A stretch of DNA of 64,000 nucleotides from a virus, in the IMG/VR virus record IMGVR_UViG_3300033692_000004, positions 1-64,000 of that record; one strand, written 5' to 3'. The notes under the pieces were generated by a model. That model ran no database searches, was not told the DNA's origin, and saw nothing but the letters and a program-made list of their open reading frames with translations. The position numbers were made by a program, and so were the translations under genes. This document shows, one piece after another, positions 1-8,912 of the stretch (position 1 is its first letter; each line of letters begins with the position of its first letter).

Positions 1-1
1 C

Positions 2-1432
2 CAACCTTATCCGGTGAGAGATATTACAGGTACTATTATAGGTATGGGTATGCACAATGGTACTCTGTATAACGATAGTGACTTAAAAGAAGAGTATGGA
101 GTGCCTGATAAGTTAGAGTATATTGATGGAGAGGAAATTATAGAACACTCTCCTAATGATTCCCAAATATTATTTTGGACCCTACTGGTTAAGGAAGACT
201 ACTCTATTCTTGAAAAATACCAGGGGAGTGCTGCTTTAGCTTGGTTTGATTTCAGAGAGGATAGATTATATCTATTTAAAGGTAGTAGCAAATCTTATGA
301 AAAGGCCCTAAATGAAGTGGAAGAAAGACCTTTATACCTACTGAAAGAGAAGGATAATATATGGTTTTCTTCAGAAGAAACTCCCTTATGGGTTATTACT
401 CAGAAGCAATATCCTGAGATAGACAGTATAAGTAGTAATGAAATTCATGTATTTGAAGAGGGTAAGTTAATTGATACCATTAAAATTACTAGAAAAGCAG
501 GTCAATATAAAAAATCTACCTATAGTAGTAATTATAATACTGGATGGGGTAGCTATAAAAACAAACCATACAATAATTATGATGCTAAAAGGAACTCCTT
601 GCCTGCAAATACTACTACTAGTAAAGCCAATAAAATAGAGGAAGAAACTTTACCTATATTACATGAATCAATTGCTTATGCAAAAGGTAGGTATTGGGAT
701 AATAAAGGTAAAAAAGCACATGGTATTTATCATTTAGATAAAACCGGTAAGATTCATGACAAACCAAGTGGGGAATTTGCTTCAGAATGGGTTAAAACTA
801 AACCATATTATTTTATAGATGGCTGTATGATTACTGATCATATTAGCTTCCAAGAGTACATGAAAAAGTTTAAAGATAACGGTAATGATACTAAACAAAG
901 TTTCATTATGAAAGAACTATGTAGAGTATCAGTATATCCAGTACATAAATATGGTACTGATGATACAATGTGCTGTTGGAACAAAGATAGGAAAGATTGG
1001 TGGTATTTTACAGGGGAAATTACCCCCCTATTTAGTAGTAAAGAGTACGAATATATAAGAGGCAGTCTTAAAACAACCAATACTGGTACTTGGAAGTTTG
1101 CAGATCATTCTGATATATCAGAAGGGGAGTGGATTACTGACTCTAAAGAAGATGAATCAGCGGAAGCATATGAACAAGCCTATCAGGAGTATGAAAAGTA
1201 TAATAAATCCAATCCATTTTTAGAAAAACTACCTTTTGATGATGATTATGAGTCTCCTGAAGACCAAATGATTAAGAGAGAGGTTGTTAATGAAGTTGCA
1301 AATGCTTTGAAAAATATTCAAGATTGTATCAATGTAATACAAGTTTATGAAGGTAGTAAACCCGGTAATAAAGCTATTGCAGTATTAGAAGAAATTGAAA
1401 ATAAACTTTCTGAAATAGGTGATAATGATTAA
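2..1432 (+). CDS. Class-II (Ntn) glutamine-amidotransferase-like protein, 5'-truncated by the window edge, with a ~320-aa C-terminal part of unknown function
   Basis: The frame is open back to nt 2 (the track start at 14 is GTG). The N-part reads HNGTLYNDSDL...NDSQILF...GSAALAWFDFREDRLYLFKG...ERPLYLL...IWFSSEETPL. This matches the NGEIYN / SDSE / G.FA...D...L.L.RD / RPLYY / FASE blocks of PurF/AsnB-type GATase domains. The N-terminal Cys nucleophile would lie upstream of the window. No PP-loop (SGGxDS) in the C-part. Confidence 0.55.
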   Translation, partial: QPYPVRDITGTIIGMGMHNGTLYNDSDLKEEYGVPDKLEYIDGEEIIEHSPNDSQILFWTLLVKEDYSILEKYQGSAALAWFDFREDRLYLFKGSSKSYEKALNEVEERPLYLLKEKDNIWFSSEETPLWVITQKQYPEIDSISSNEIHVFEEGKLIDTIKITRKAGQYKKSTYSSNYNTGWGSYKNKPYNNYDAKRNSLPANTTTSKANKIEEETLPILHESIAYAKGRYWDNKGKKAHGIYHLDKTGKIHDKPSGEFASEWVKTKPYYFIDGCMITDHISFQEYMKKFKDNGNDTKQSFIMKELCRVSVYPVHKYGTDDTMCCWNKDRKDWWYFTGEITPLFSSKEYEYIRGSLKTTNTGTWKFADHSDISEGEWITDSKEDESAEAYEQAYQEYEKYNKSNPFLEKLPFDDDYESPEDQMIKREVVNEVANALKNIQDCINVIQVYEGSKPGNKAIAVLEEIENKLSEIGDND

Positions 1433-2846
1433 AGAAGTAATTACATACGATGGTAGCAAAGCTTTAAAGTCTAATTGTAGAAAATATGATGGTAAATATT
1501 ATGAAATAGGTAGACAATGTTTTAAAATGGATAACGGACGTTACTATCGTATTGATACAAATAAGATTATTTATGATTATGATACTAAAAAATATGTATT
1601 AAAGACTGATAACTATATTAGAGGTATAGTAGGTTTCAATAAAAAAGAGCTAATATACGGTTATTTTAAACCTAATAAATTTAAAAATGCTTACATATTT
1701 AATAGAGGTCCTGTACTAAACGAAGATATTATTACTAATGATTATGTAGAAGAGTTATCTTCAGGTAAATATTACCCAAAAGCATATGTTGGTAAAGGTT
1801 TTTATAAAAAAAGAGTGGGTGGTAGATATAGTAGAGAGACTGATTATAGTGTTAATTATAGATTAGATGAGTTTACAAAGACTTTTAATAATCATTTTGA
1901 AGCACCTATAATTAAGAACTTTTACAAAGAATTACCTAATAATGCTACCTATGGTATAGAATACGAAACCAATGCAGGGAGGGTACCGGAGAATAAGTGT
2001 ATGAAAACTGGTATGGTTCCTGTAAAAGATGGTAGCTTACGTAGATCTACAGGGATATCTTTTGAGTATGCAACTATAATATTGAATAAAAATAATGTAC
2101 TTCATGCTATTAAAGAGCATTGTAACTTACTGGATAGATATTGCACTAAAAGTGTTAATGAGAGCCTACATATTCATATAGGAGGTTATGAAAGGTCTGT
2201 TGAAATGTTGGTAGCGTTATATAGAACTATATCTGTATTACAGAAAGAACTATATGAAATGTTCCCACTATTTATTAAGAAGACAAGCCTATTTAAAAGA
2301 AGTCAAAAGAACTATTGTAAGCCCTTGCCTAAAAGTAAAATTACATATAAAGATTTTAAACATGATTTACGTTATATAATTAGATACTTATCTGACGGTA
2401 ATTTACATTATGAAGATTTTAGTTTAGGAATGCCTAACCCAGTAGATCCAGACGGATATCATAAATGGAATAGTAGGTCTAGATACTCTATATGTAATCT
2501 AAATCACTTTGCATTTAAAGGTACTGGTACTATTGAATTTAGAATGCATACTAATACTTTCAATAAAGATAAAATAGCAGCATGGTTGTTTATTATTACA
2601 TCTATAGTTGAGTATGCTAATAAAATTAAAAATGAGCCTTATTTTAACACTAAAATTAACCTCAGTAGTATTGTTACCCAATGCTATCAAAATAAGGTCT
2701 TAAAAGGCTATTTAAAGGCATATATTCAGTATCGTAAAGATCTTATGAAGTATAACCAAAATGTTCATAAAGATTTTATTGGGGTATTGGATGTAATGAA
2801 TGATAATCTAAATAATTTTAAATTCCCCATAAAAGAATTAGTATGA
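1425..2846 (+). CDS. Glutamine-synthetase-fold amidoligase (Amidoligase_2-type COOH-NH2 ligase)
   Basis: YGIEYETNAG, VPVKDGSLRR, ISFEYATIIL and VNESLHIHIGG reproduce the GxExE / DxSL / E-h-h-S / hHhHh blocks I remember for this family. ATG 1425 overlaps the upstream stop (ATGATTAA); the track start 1419 is GTG. Confidence 0.55.
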   Translation: MIKEVITYDGSKALKSNCRKYDGKYYEIGRQCFKMDNGRYYRIDTNKIIYDYDTKKYVLKTDNYIRGIVGFNKKELIYGYFKPNKFKNAYIFNRGPVLNEDIITNDYVEELSSGKYYPKAYVGKGFYKKRVGGRYSRETDYSVNYRLDEFTKTFNNHFEAPIIKNFYKELPNNATYGIEYETNAGRVPENKCMKTGMVPVKDGSLRRSTGISFEYATIILNKNNVLHAIKEHCNLLDRYCTKSVNESLHIHIGGYERSVEMLVALYRTISVLQKELYEMFPLFIKKTSLFKRSQKNYCKPLPKSKITYKDFKHDLRYIIRYLSDGNLHYEDFSLGMPNPVDPDGYHKWNSRSRYSICNLNHFAFKGTGTIEFRMHTNTFNKDKIAAWLFIITSIVEYANKIKNEPYFNTKINLSSIVTQCYQNKVLKGYLKAYIQYRKDLMKYNQNVHKDFIGVLDVMNDNLNNFKFPIKELV

Positions 2847-3521
2847 ATGGTACATGAAGAATTTGCAAAGAAGTTAGTAGGTAGTTGGTATAGGTTGTTA
2901 AGACCTATACTACTATCTGACTACTTTTATAAGTTACTGAAAACATTAGATAATGAATATTTGAGTAAAGAAATATATCCAGATAAGAAAAATGTATTTA
3001 AAGCATTTCAATTAACTAATTATGAAGATTTAAAAGTATTTATTATTGGACAAGACCCCTACCCAAACAATAGGGCTACAGGGCTAGCTTTTTCTAATAG
3101 TTTGGAATCAAATGGCCTTAGCCCATCTCTTAGAAAGATTAAGGAAAGGGTTGAACTTGGTTTTAATCAAACAAATCCCCTAGATAAAGATTTAACATTA
3201 TGGGCTAAACAGGGTATATTTTTATATAATACTATATTAACGGTAGAAAAAGGTAAACCTGGTAGTCACTATAAACTATGGAGAGAATTTACTAAACAAT
3301 TATTAATAAGATTATCAGAATATAATTCAGGTATAATATATTGTTTGTGGGGTAAACATGCTCAAAGCTATAAGCAATACATTAATACTAATTCTAATTA
3401 TATATTAGAAGCAGAACATCCATCATTTGCTGCTAGACAAGGTAGAATATGGAATTTTAATTTTAAAGAATTAGATCAGTTAATAAAAGATAATTATGAT
3501 ACTAATATAAATTGGTTATGA
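2847..3521 (+). CDS. ung: Uracil-DNA glycosylase, family-1-like
   Basis: FIIGQDPYPNNRATGLAFS corresponds to motif A (GQDPYH..GLxFS) with His->Pro. EAEHPSFAARQ corresponds to motif B (HPSPLS-like). 224 aa, typical UNG size. Confidence 0.7.
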   Translation: MVHEEFAKKLVGSWYRLLRPILLSDYFYKLLKTLDNEYLSKEIYPDKKNVFKAFQLTNYEDLKVFIIGQDPYPNNRATGLAFSNSLESNGLSPSLRKIKERVELGFNQTNPLDKDLTLWAKQGIFLYNTILTVEKGKPGSHYKLWREFTKQLLIRLSEYNSGIIYCLWGKHAQSYKQYINTNSNYILEAEHPSFAARQGRIWNFNFKELDQLIKDNYDTNINWL

Positions 3522-3913
3522 TTGATTTAGAAATTGAAAAGATTAAAGGTTTTTATAATACTGAATATAAATTTACAGATATTGCCACCGATAGTGTTAG
3601 TGATATTGGAAATTGTGTAAATTTTGTAGTACACGAAGATCCCAATGGTAATTGCCAAACTTTCGGGATAGCATATGCAGATGAGTTTACTGCTTACGGT
3701 AAAAAAGATATGAAAGACATCTTAAAAGCTGTTTGTAGGAAAGTTAATAAACATCAAATGCTACTAGATATTACAGAATATGATTCATATGCTATTCTAA
3801 AAAATCTCAAACCCTTTTCTAAGAAACAAAATATTAAGCGTTATATAAGTACTAATGGTAGTAAAATGATGCTTGTACTTGTAGTTCTCGATAGAAATAA
3901 AATATTTAAATAA
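3518..3913 (+). CDS. Hypothetical protein (131 aa)
   Basis: Long ORF in the operon frame. ATG 3518 overlaps the UDG stop (ATGA); the track start 3512 is TTG. No motif recognised. Confidence 0.55.
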   Translation: MIDLEIEKIKGFYNTEYKFTDIATDSVSDIGNCVNFVVHEDPNGNCQTFGIAYADEFTAYGKKDMKDILKAVCRKVNKHQMLLDITEYDSYAILKNLKPFSKKQNIKRYISTNGSKMMLVLVVLDRNKIFK

Positions 3914-3918
3914 TTTTG
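3911..3918 (+). promoter_or_regulatory. Candidate Bacteroidota -7 box (TAATTTTG = TAnnTTTG)
   Basis: Exact TAnnTTTG match 14 nt upstream of the ATP-grasp ATG. No clear -33 TTG partner, so weak. Confidence 0.2.
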
Positions 3919-3931
3919 TAACTAATTAATT

Positions 3932-4804
3932 ATGACTAGATTAAGAATTCTTCCATACGCAATGAATAGTTTATCTTCAAAAGCTATTTCTAAACATTTT
4001 AATACTAAACGTGTCTACCCTAACCGTAATTATAGGCCTAAAGATGGGGATGTAGTTCTTAATTGGGGGTTTAGAGGAGTCGCACCTGTGTTAGAAAATA
4101 GTAGCAGTAATTTCACTCTACTAAATAAGCCTATTGCTGTTGATAGAGCTTCTGATAAAATTGCTACTCTTAGATTACTTAAACAAAATAATGTAGCTCA
4201 TGTTAAATTCTTTTTAAATAAAGACGACGCTATTAAGTCTTGTGGAGAGGGTAATATTATTTATTGCAGAACTATTACCAGGGGTAGAGAAGGAAAAGGT
4301 ATTATTCTTGCTAAAACACCTGATGAGATAGTAGATGCTAGGTTATATACCGAATATTTTAAAAATGATAAGGAGTATCGTATTCACGTATTTAATGGTA
4401 AAGTAATTGATGAAGTTCAAAAGAAATCTATGTCTAGTGAGAGAATGGCACAGAAAGGCATAACTAGGACCGAGGATTCTGACTATATTCGCAATTTAAA
4501 GAAGGCGTGGTCGTTTTGTAGACAAGGTGTAGAAGCGGAAGATATTGTTAAAGAAACAGCTATTAAAGCCGTAGATGCTCTTGGATTAGATTTTGGCGCA
4601 GTAGACATTGCTTATAATTCTGAAACTAACGAGTGTAAAGTACTGGAAATCAATACCGCACCGGGACAAAAGAGACCTTCGTCAACCCATTACTCTTATA
4701 TAAAAGCGATTAGTGGATTTATGGGTATACCATATACTGCAAAAGACTATAAAGACAGGTACGGTTTAGATGTAATTGAATTAAACAATAGAGATGACAA
4801 ATAA
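3932..4804 (+). CDS. ATP-grasp ligase (RimK-like size class)
   Basis: KEYRIHVFNGKVIDEVQKK central strand. GLDFGAVDIAYN...CKVLEINTAPG gives the E-x-N metal/ATP site of the ATP-grasp C-domain. 290 aa. Confidence 0.7.
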   Translation: MTRLRILPYAMNSLSSKAISKHFNTKRVYPNRNYRPKDGDVVLNWGFRGVAPVLENSSSNFTLLNKPIAVDRASDKIATLRLLKQNNVAHVKFFLNKDDAIKSCGEGNIIYCRTITRGREGKGIILAKTPDEIVDARLYTEYFKNDKEYRIHVFNGKVIDEVQKKSMSSERMAQKGITRTEDSDYIRNLKKAWSFCRQGVEAEDIVKETAIKAVDALGLDFGAVDIAYNSETNECKVLEINTAPGQKRPSSTHYSYIKAISGFMGIPYTAKDYKDRYGLDVIELNNRDDK

Positions 4805-5399
4805 ATTTAAGAGTCAAGTAGAAGAATATTTTAGCTATTATTTAGAAGAGCTACAAGAAACTGGTTATATTAGGGAATGGTCATATGAAAGTGATACATT
4901 TGATTTAAGTGAATCAGTATCTGAGCCTTACTTACAACAAGGTAAATATAAGGTATTAGAAAAGGCCGAGCACTTACTTCATAAAGCTAGTATAACTGCT
5001 GATTTTACTGTAGTTTGGACAGATAAGGCTAAAAATATCTTCTACTTGGATAGAGGGGAGCCTATTGATTGTAATGCAAAAGATATACCATTTAGAATTA
5101 ACAATATGGGAGCGCCGACTTCTTATATTGAAGTTAAAGGCTCGCATGAAGCTAATACTAGCAGTAGTATATCGTTTCCTTACAAGCAAAAGTGGCTGTA
5201 TGATAAAGATGATATTTATATTCAAAAAATTAAGCCATTCGCACCTAAAACTAAGTCAGGTATATTATTTCAATCAACATTTACTCCTAAGAAAGTGATT
5301 GACATTGAGAGATATGCTAGAGATTGTAAATTTGGTAGAAAAGGTGATTCTAAATTGAAATATAATTATAAGACATTAAATCAATTTTTATATGAATAA
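4794..5399 (+). CDS. Hypothetical protein; possible PD-(D/E)xK nuclease fold
   Basis: ITADFTVVW followed 43 aa later by SYIEVKGSH resembles a D...ExK nuclease core. The spacing is long, so the functional call is weak. The ATG overlaps the upstream gene end. Confidence 0.35.
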   Translation: MTNKFKSQVEEYFSYYLEELQETGYIREWSYESDTFDLSESVSEPYLQQGKYKVLEKAEHLLHKASITADFTVVWTDKAKNIFYLDRGEPIDCNAKDIPFRINNMGAPTSYIEVKGSHEANTSSSISFPYKQKWLYDKDDIYIQKIKPFAPKTKSGILFQSTFTPKKVIDIERYARDCKFGRKGDSKLKYNYKTLNQFLYE

Positions 5400-5625
5400 A
5401 TTAGATGAAATAAAAGAAATTATTGGTGATGGTCTTGAATTTGGACAGGCTGATAAAAAAACAAGTGAAAAAGTCAATAATTTTATTGACTGTGTAGAAT
5501 CATCATATTGTCTAATTCAATGGCCAGATGTACAAGATTATATGGAAGAAGAATGGTTTGATGAAGAAGCTGTGTTGACTGATGATTCTGGTTATTTCGT
5601 ACCTTTTAAAAGAGTTTTTAAATAA
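5392..5625 (+). CDS. Hypothetical acidic protein (77 aa)
   Basis: ATG overlaps the upstream stop region. Consistent codon usage; no motif. Confidence 0.5.
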   Translation: MNKLDEIKEIIGDGLEFGQADKKTSEKVNNFIDCVESSYCLIQWPDVQDYMEEEWFDEEAVLTDDSGYFVPFKRVFK

Positions 5626-5636
5626 AGTCTAAATAA

Positions 5637-5849
5637 ATGCAATATACTAAATTAGATATTATTAAACACGCTAAGAAATATATTCGTGATGTAGAGGTTA
5701 AAAATGCTTTTATACAAGTAGTACATAATGATAGAAACCAAGGTCATAGTGCTAGAATTATATCAGAAGGACTTTGTGAAAGACATCCACGTAGTAACAG
5801 ATTTGCTGAATTAGATACAATGGTAATGGAATATTATAATTTTGGGTAA
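5637..5849 (+). CDS. Hypothetical protein (70 aa)
   Basis: ORF in operon orientation, 11 nt after the previous stop. Confidence 0.45.
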   Translation: MQYTKLDIIKHAKKYIRDVEVKNAFIQVVHNDRNQGHSARIISEGLCERHPRSNRFAELDTMVMEYYNFG

Positions 5850-5853
5850 CTAT

Positions 5854-5882
5854 AGAAATGTTTATAATTGGATTTCTTTTAA
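5854..5882 (+). terminator. Weak A/T-rich hairpin + T-run
   Basis: AGAAAT (5854-5859) pairs with ATTTCT (5872-5877), followed by TTTAAT. It sits in a 93-nt gap, one of the few real gaps in this arm. Confidence 0.25.
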
Positions 5883-5942
5883 TATAGACTACTGTATTGA
5901 TATAAATAGCAATGGAATTAACCAATAATAACTATTAAGGAT

Positions 5943-6197
5943 ATGGAATTATATAAAATAGTAGAGTTAAACGATTCAGGAGTAGAAAAAAATGATTTAT
6001 TACTAGTAAGAGCAAATTGCCGTACACAAGCGCTAGAAAAAGCTAGCATGTATTTAAATAATAAAGCAATTTATAGAACAGGATTTTACAATGCAATACA
6101 TATAAAAGATTCATACCATTATATCAACAATGGATTAATTACCGCTAAAAATAAATATAAAGCAATTAAAAAATTTTATAAAAATATTATTGAATAG
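5943..6197 (+). CDS. Hypothetical protein (84 aa)
   Basis: First ORF after the 93-nt gap. Confidence 0.5.
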   Translation: MELYKIVELNDSGVEKNDLLLVRANCRTQALEKASMYLNNKAIYRTGFYNAIHIKDSYHYINNGLITAKNKYKAIKKFYKNIIE

Positions 6198-6200
6198 TAT

Positions 6201-7208
6201 ATGGTAAATTTTAAAAATTTTTGTGAGAATATTACTGAAGAAGAGTATAGGGCTATAGAACGACCTTCATACTCTTTCTTCAAGGAATTAGATGACAAAG
6301 GGCCTTCTGTAATCAGGGATGGAATAGACTTTAAAATGAGTGCAGGATTGACTCTAGGTAGCATTGTAGACAACTTAATTACACAGGAAGACTATGATCC
6401 ACTGGAAGAGTATCATATTACTAATATAGCTCCTGATTTGTCTGGTAGCACTCATCATAGTAAGCTACTTAAATACGTATATGATAATGAAATTAAAGAT
6501 CCTAGTGAAGATATTTTAAAAGAAGCCTGTACTAAATTAGGTTTTAAGAAGAACCCATCATTAACTGATAGTAAATTTGAAGCCCAACTTAACATGGTTA
6601 AAGGTATGCTTAATGGTAAGAAATACCTTAATCAAAGAGAGTATGAACTAGCCATGCAAATGGCTGAGACATTACAATCTCTTGAATATACTAAAGATAT
6701 ATTTAATGATGGATTTGATTTAGAAGCTGTTAATCAAGCTATAATCTTATTTACTCTTAAAGGACTACCAGTTAAAAGTATGTTGGATAGAGTGTTAGTA
6801 GACCATAATAAGAAGATTATATATCCATATGATCTAAAAACTGGTGCATTCTATGACTTTATGCAAAACTTCTGGAAGTATAAATATTATCTACAAGGGG
6901 GTATGTACACTGCTGCTGTATATTATATTATAGAGAATCATCCAGAGTTTAAAGATTATACAGTAGAGCCATTTAGATTTGTATATATTTCTAGAGAAAG
7001 ACCAGATTTACCATTAGTGTATGAAATGCCTAAGAAGTTTATTGAATATGGTCTTACTGGTTGGACTACTATTGGTGGTAGGAAATATAAAGGAATACTT
7101 GAGCTAGTTGAAGATTATAAGTGGTATTTAGAAAATGATGAATATGATTTGACTAAAGAAATTGTAGAGAATAAGGGCTTAATTGAAATCAAAACACCTA
7201 TTGTATGA
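6201..7208 (+). CDS. RecB/Cas4-type PD-(D/E)xK exonuclease-like protein
   Basis: SMLDRVLVD ... IIYPYDLKTG ... YYLQGGMYTAAVYY correspond to the D / D-x-K / Q..hY blocks of RecB-family nucleases. No Cys cluster. Confidence 0.45.
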   Translation: MVNFKNFCENITEEEYRAIERPSYSFFKELDDKGPSVIRDGIDFKMSAGLTLGSIVDNLITQEDYDPLEEYHITNIAPDLSGSTHHSKLLKYVYDNEIKDPSEDILKEACTKLGFKKNPSLTDSKFEAQLNMVKGMLNGKKYLNQREYELAMQMAETLQSLEYTKDIFNDGFDLEAVNQAIILFTLKGLPVKSMLDRVLVDHNKKIIYPYDLKTGAFYDFMQNFWKYKYYLQGGMYTAAVYYIIENHPEFKDYTVEPFRFVYISRERPDLPLVYEMPKKFIEYGLTGWTTIGGRKYKGILELVEDYKWYLENDEYDLTKEIVENKGLIEIKTPIV

Positions 7209-8389
7209 AAGTAATTAAAAATAATATTGGTAATGAAGTTAAAATATTTGCAGAAACTTTTGAATATGAAGCCTATGATCAAATCAAAAAGCTGGCTAAC
7301 TTTGAACCATATCAAAACTCTAAGATCAGGATAATGCCTGATGCCCATGCTGGTAAAGGATGTACAGTAGGTACTACTATGACAATTACAGATAAAGTTA
7401 CACCTAATTTAGTAGGTGTGGATATTGGATGTGGAATGCTTACAGTTAAATTAAAAGATAATAGTATAGATTTTGAAAAACTAGATGAAGTTATAAATAC
7501 TAAAGTGCCTAGTGGTTTTTCTGTGCACCAATCTAGCAAAGACCATTTTAATTTTGACAATCTTAGATGTAAAGAACATGTAGATTTAGGTAGGGCAATA
7601 TTATCTATCGGTTCATTAGGTGGTGGTAATCACTTTATAGAGCTGAGTCAATCAAAAAATGATGGCAGCCTTTATCTAATTATTCACACTGGTAGCAGGA
7701 AGCTAGGTGGAGATACATGTAAATATTATCAAAACAAAGCCTTTAAGAATGTCAATGAGATGAAGGAAGTTAAAAATAATCTTATCAGTAAATTGAAGTC
7801 TGAAGGCCGTGAAAAATATATAGACTCAGAGATTAAAAAACTCAAGAAGCCTAGCGCAGATAAAGAATTGGCATTCTTAGAAGATAGTGATTTTAAGGAC
7901 TACATGAATGATATGAGAATTGTACAAGAATTTGCGATGATAAACAGAAAGGCTATTGCTGATATAATTATTAACGAATATGGGCTTGAAGAATTGAATA
8001 GGTTTGAAACAATCCACAATTATATTGACTTTAATCGTATGATTTTACGTAAAGGAGCTGTATCTGCTGAATTGGGAGAAACACTATTAATACCAATTAA
8101 CATGAGAGACGGTTCACTCCTTTGTAAGGGGAAAGGAAATGAGGATTGGAATTACTCAGCTCCTCATGGTGCAGGTAGGCTGATGAGCAGAAGTAAAGCT
8201 AAAGATAATATTGATCTAAATGAATTCACAGAATCAATGAAAGGTATTTATAGTTCTTCTGTAGGACAATCTACTTTAGATGAAGCCCCTCAGGCGTATA
8301 AATCAATTGAAGAAATCACATCTGCAATCAAAGATACTGTTGATATAATTGATATACTAAAGCCAGTGTATAATTTTAAAGCTCATTAA
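7205..8389 (+). CDS. rtcB: RNA 3'-phosphate/5'-OH ligase RtcB
   Basis: All hallmark blocks are present: MPDAHAGKGCTVG, VDIGCGM, GGGNHFIEL, IIHTGSRKLG, IHNYID, SAPHGAGR. 394 aa. Confidence 0.92.
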   Translation: MKVIKNNIGNEVKIFAETFEYEAYDQIKKLANFEPYQNSKIRIMPDAHAGKGCTVGTTMTITDKVTPNLVGVDIGCGMLTVKLKDNSIDFEKLDEVINTKVPSGFSVHQSSKDHFNFDNLRCKEHVDLGRAILSIGSLGGGNHFIELSQSKNDGSLYLIIHTGSRKLGGDTCKYYQNKAFKNVNEMKEVKNNLISKLKSEGREKYIDSEIKKLKKPSADKELAFLEDSDFKDYMNDMRIVQEFAMINRKAIADIIINEYGLEELNRFETIHNYIDFNRMILRKGAVSAELGETLLIPINMRDGSLLCKGKGNEDWNYSAPHGAGRLMSRSKAKDNIDLNEFTESMKGIYSSSVGQSTLDEAPQAYKSIEEITSAIKDTVDIIDILKPVYNFKAH

Positions 8390-8417
8390 TATTTAATTGT
8401 GAAGTTGGAAGAGGCGT

Positions 8418-8912
8418 ATGAATAAATCAAAAAGTTACATTTTACCACTAGTTCTATATGATTATCAAGAAAATGTACAAAAACTTCTAGATAATATAGA
8501 AAATACCTTTGTAAGATACAAGGAAAAAGATTATGTATTGGTATTAACTTTATTTAAAGATAATTTAACACTAGAGTTTTTTGATTACTATAAAAACTTA
8601 CCTATCTTTGCCGACTTTTCCGAAACAGATACTAAATATATCTTAGTATTAAGTGTACCAGAAGAGTCTCTAGAAGATTACGATAAGTTTATTGCTGGTA
8701 AATACAGTAAGATTAGTGAATCAAGTAAGGAAAAGATTATTAAGTTTACTTACAAATATTACCCATTACAACTATATGATACTATAAGTAAGGTAGTATA
8801 TAGAGATCCACAATTAATTAAGGAATGGATAGAATATCTTAATCTTACAGAATTCCCAGAAGATGTAGAACTAAGTAGTAAAATTGACTTAATTAAAGAA
8901 ACTTATGGCTAG
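8418..8912 (+). CDS. Hypothetical protein (164 aa)
   Basis: Long ORF between rtcB and phoH whose end overlaps the phoH start. No motif recognised. Confidence 0.55.
   Translation: MNKSKSYILPLVLYDYQENVQKLLDNIENTFVRYKEKDYVLVLTLFKDNLTLEFFDYYKNLPIFADFSETDTKYILVLSVPEESLEDYDKFIAGKYSKISESSKEKIIKFTYKYYPLQLYDTISKVVYRDPQLIKEWIEYLNLTEFPEDVELSSKIDLIKETYG

Noticed and set aside
838-7560. Antisense or alternative-frame ORFs inside + strand genes: 838-1080(-), 2499-2690(-), 4974-5225(-), 5065-5298(+), 6176-6373(-), 7115-7348(-), 7312-7560(-).
   Set aside because: Each lies wholly inside a longer ORF that has recognisable motifs or operon context. They are Leu/Ile/Ser/Phe-rich, as expected from reading AT-rich coding DNA out of frame. 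None has its own intergenic space.
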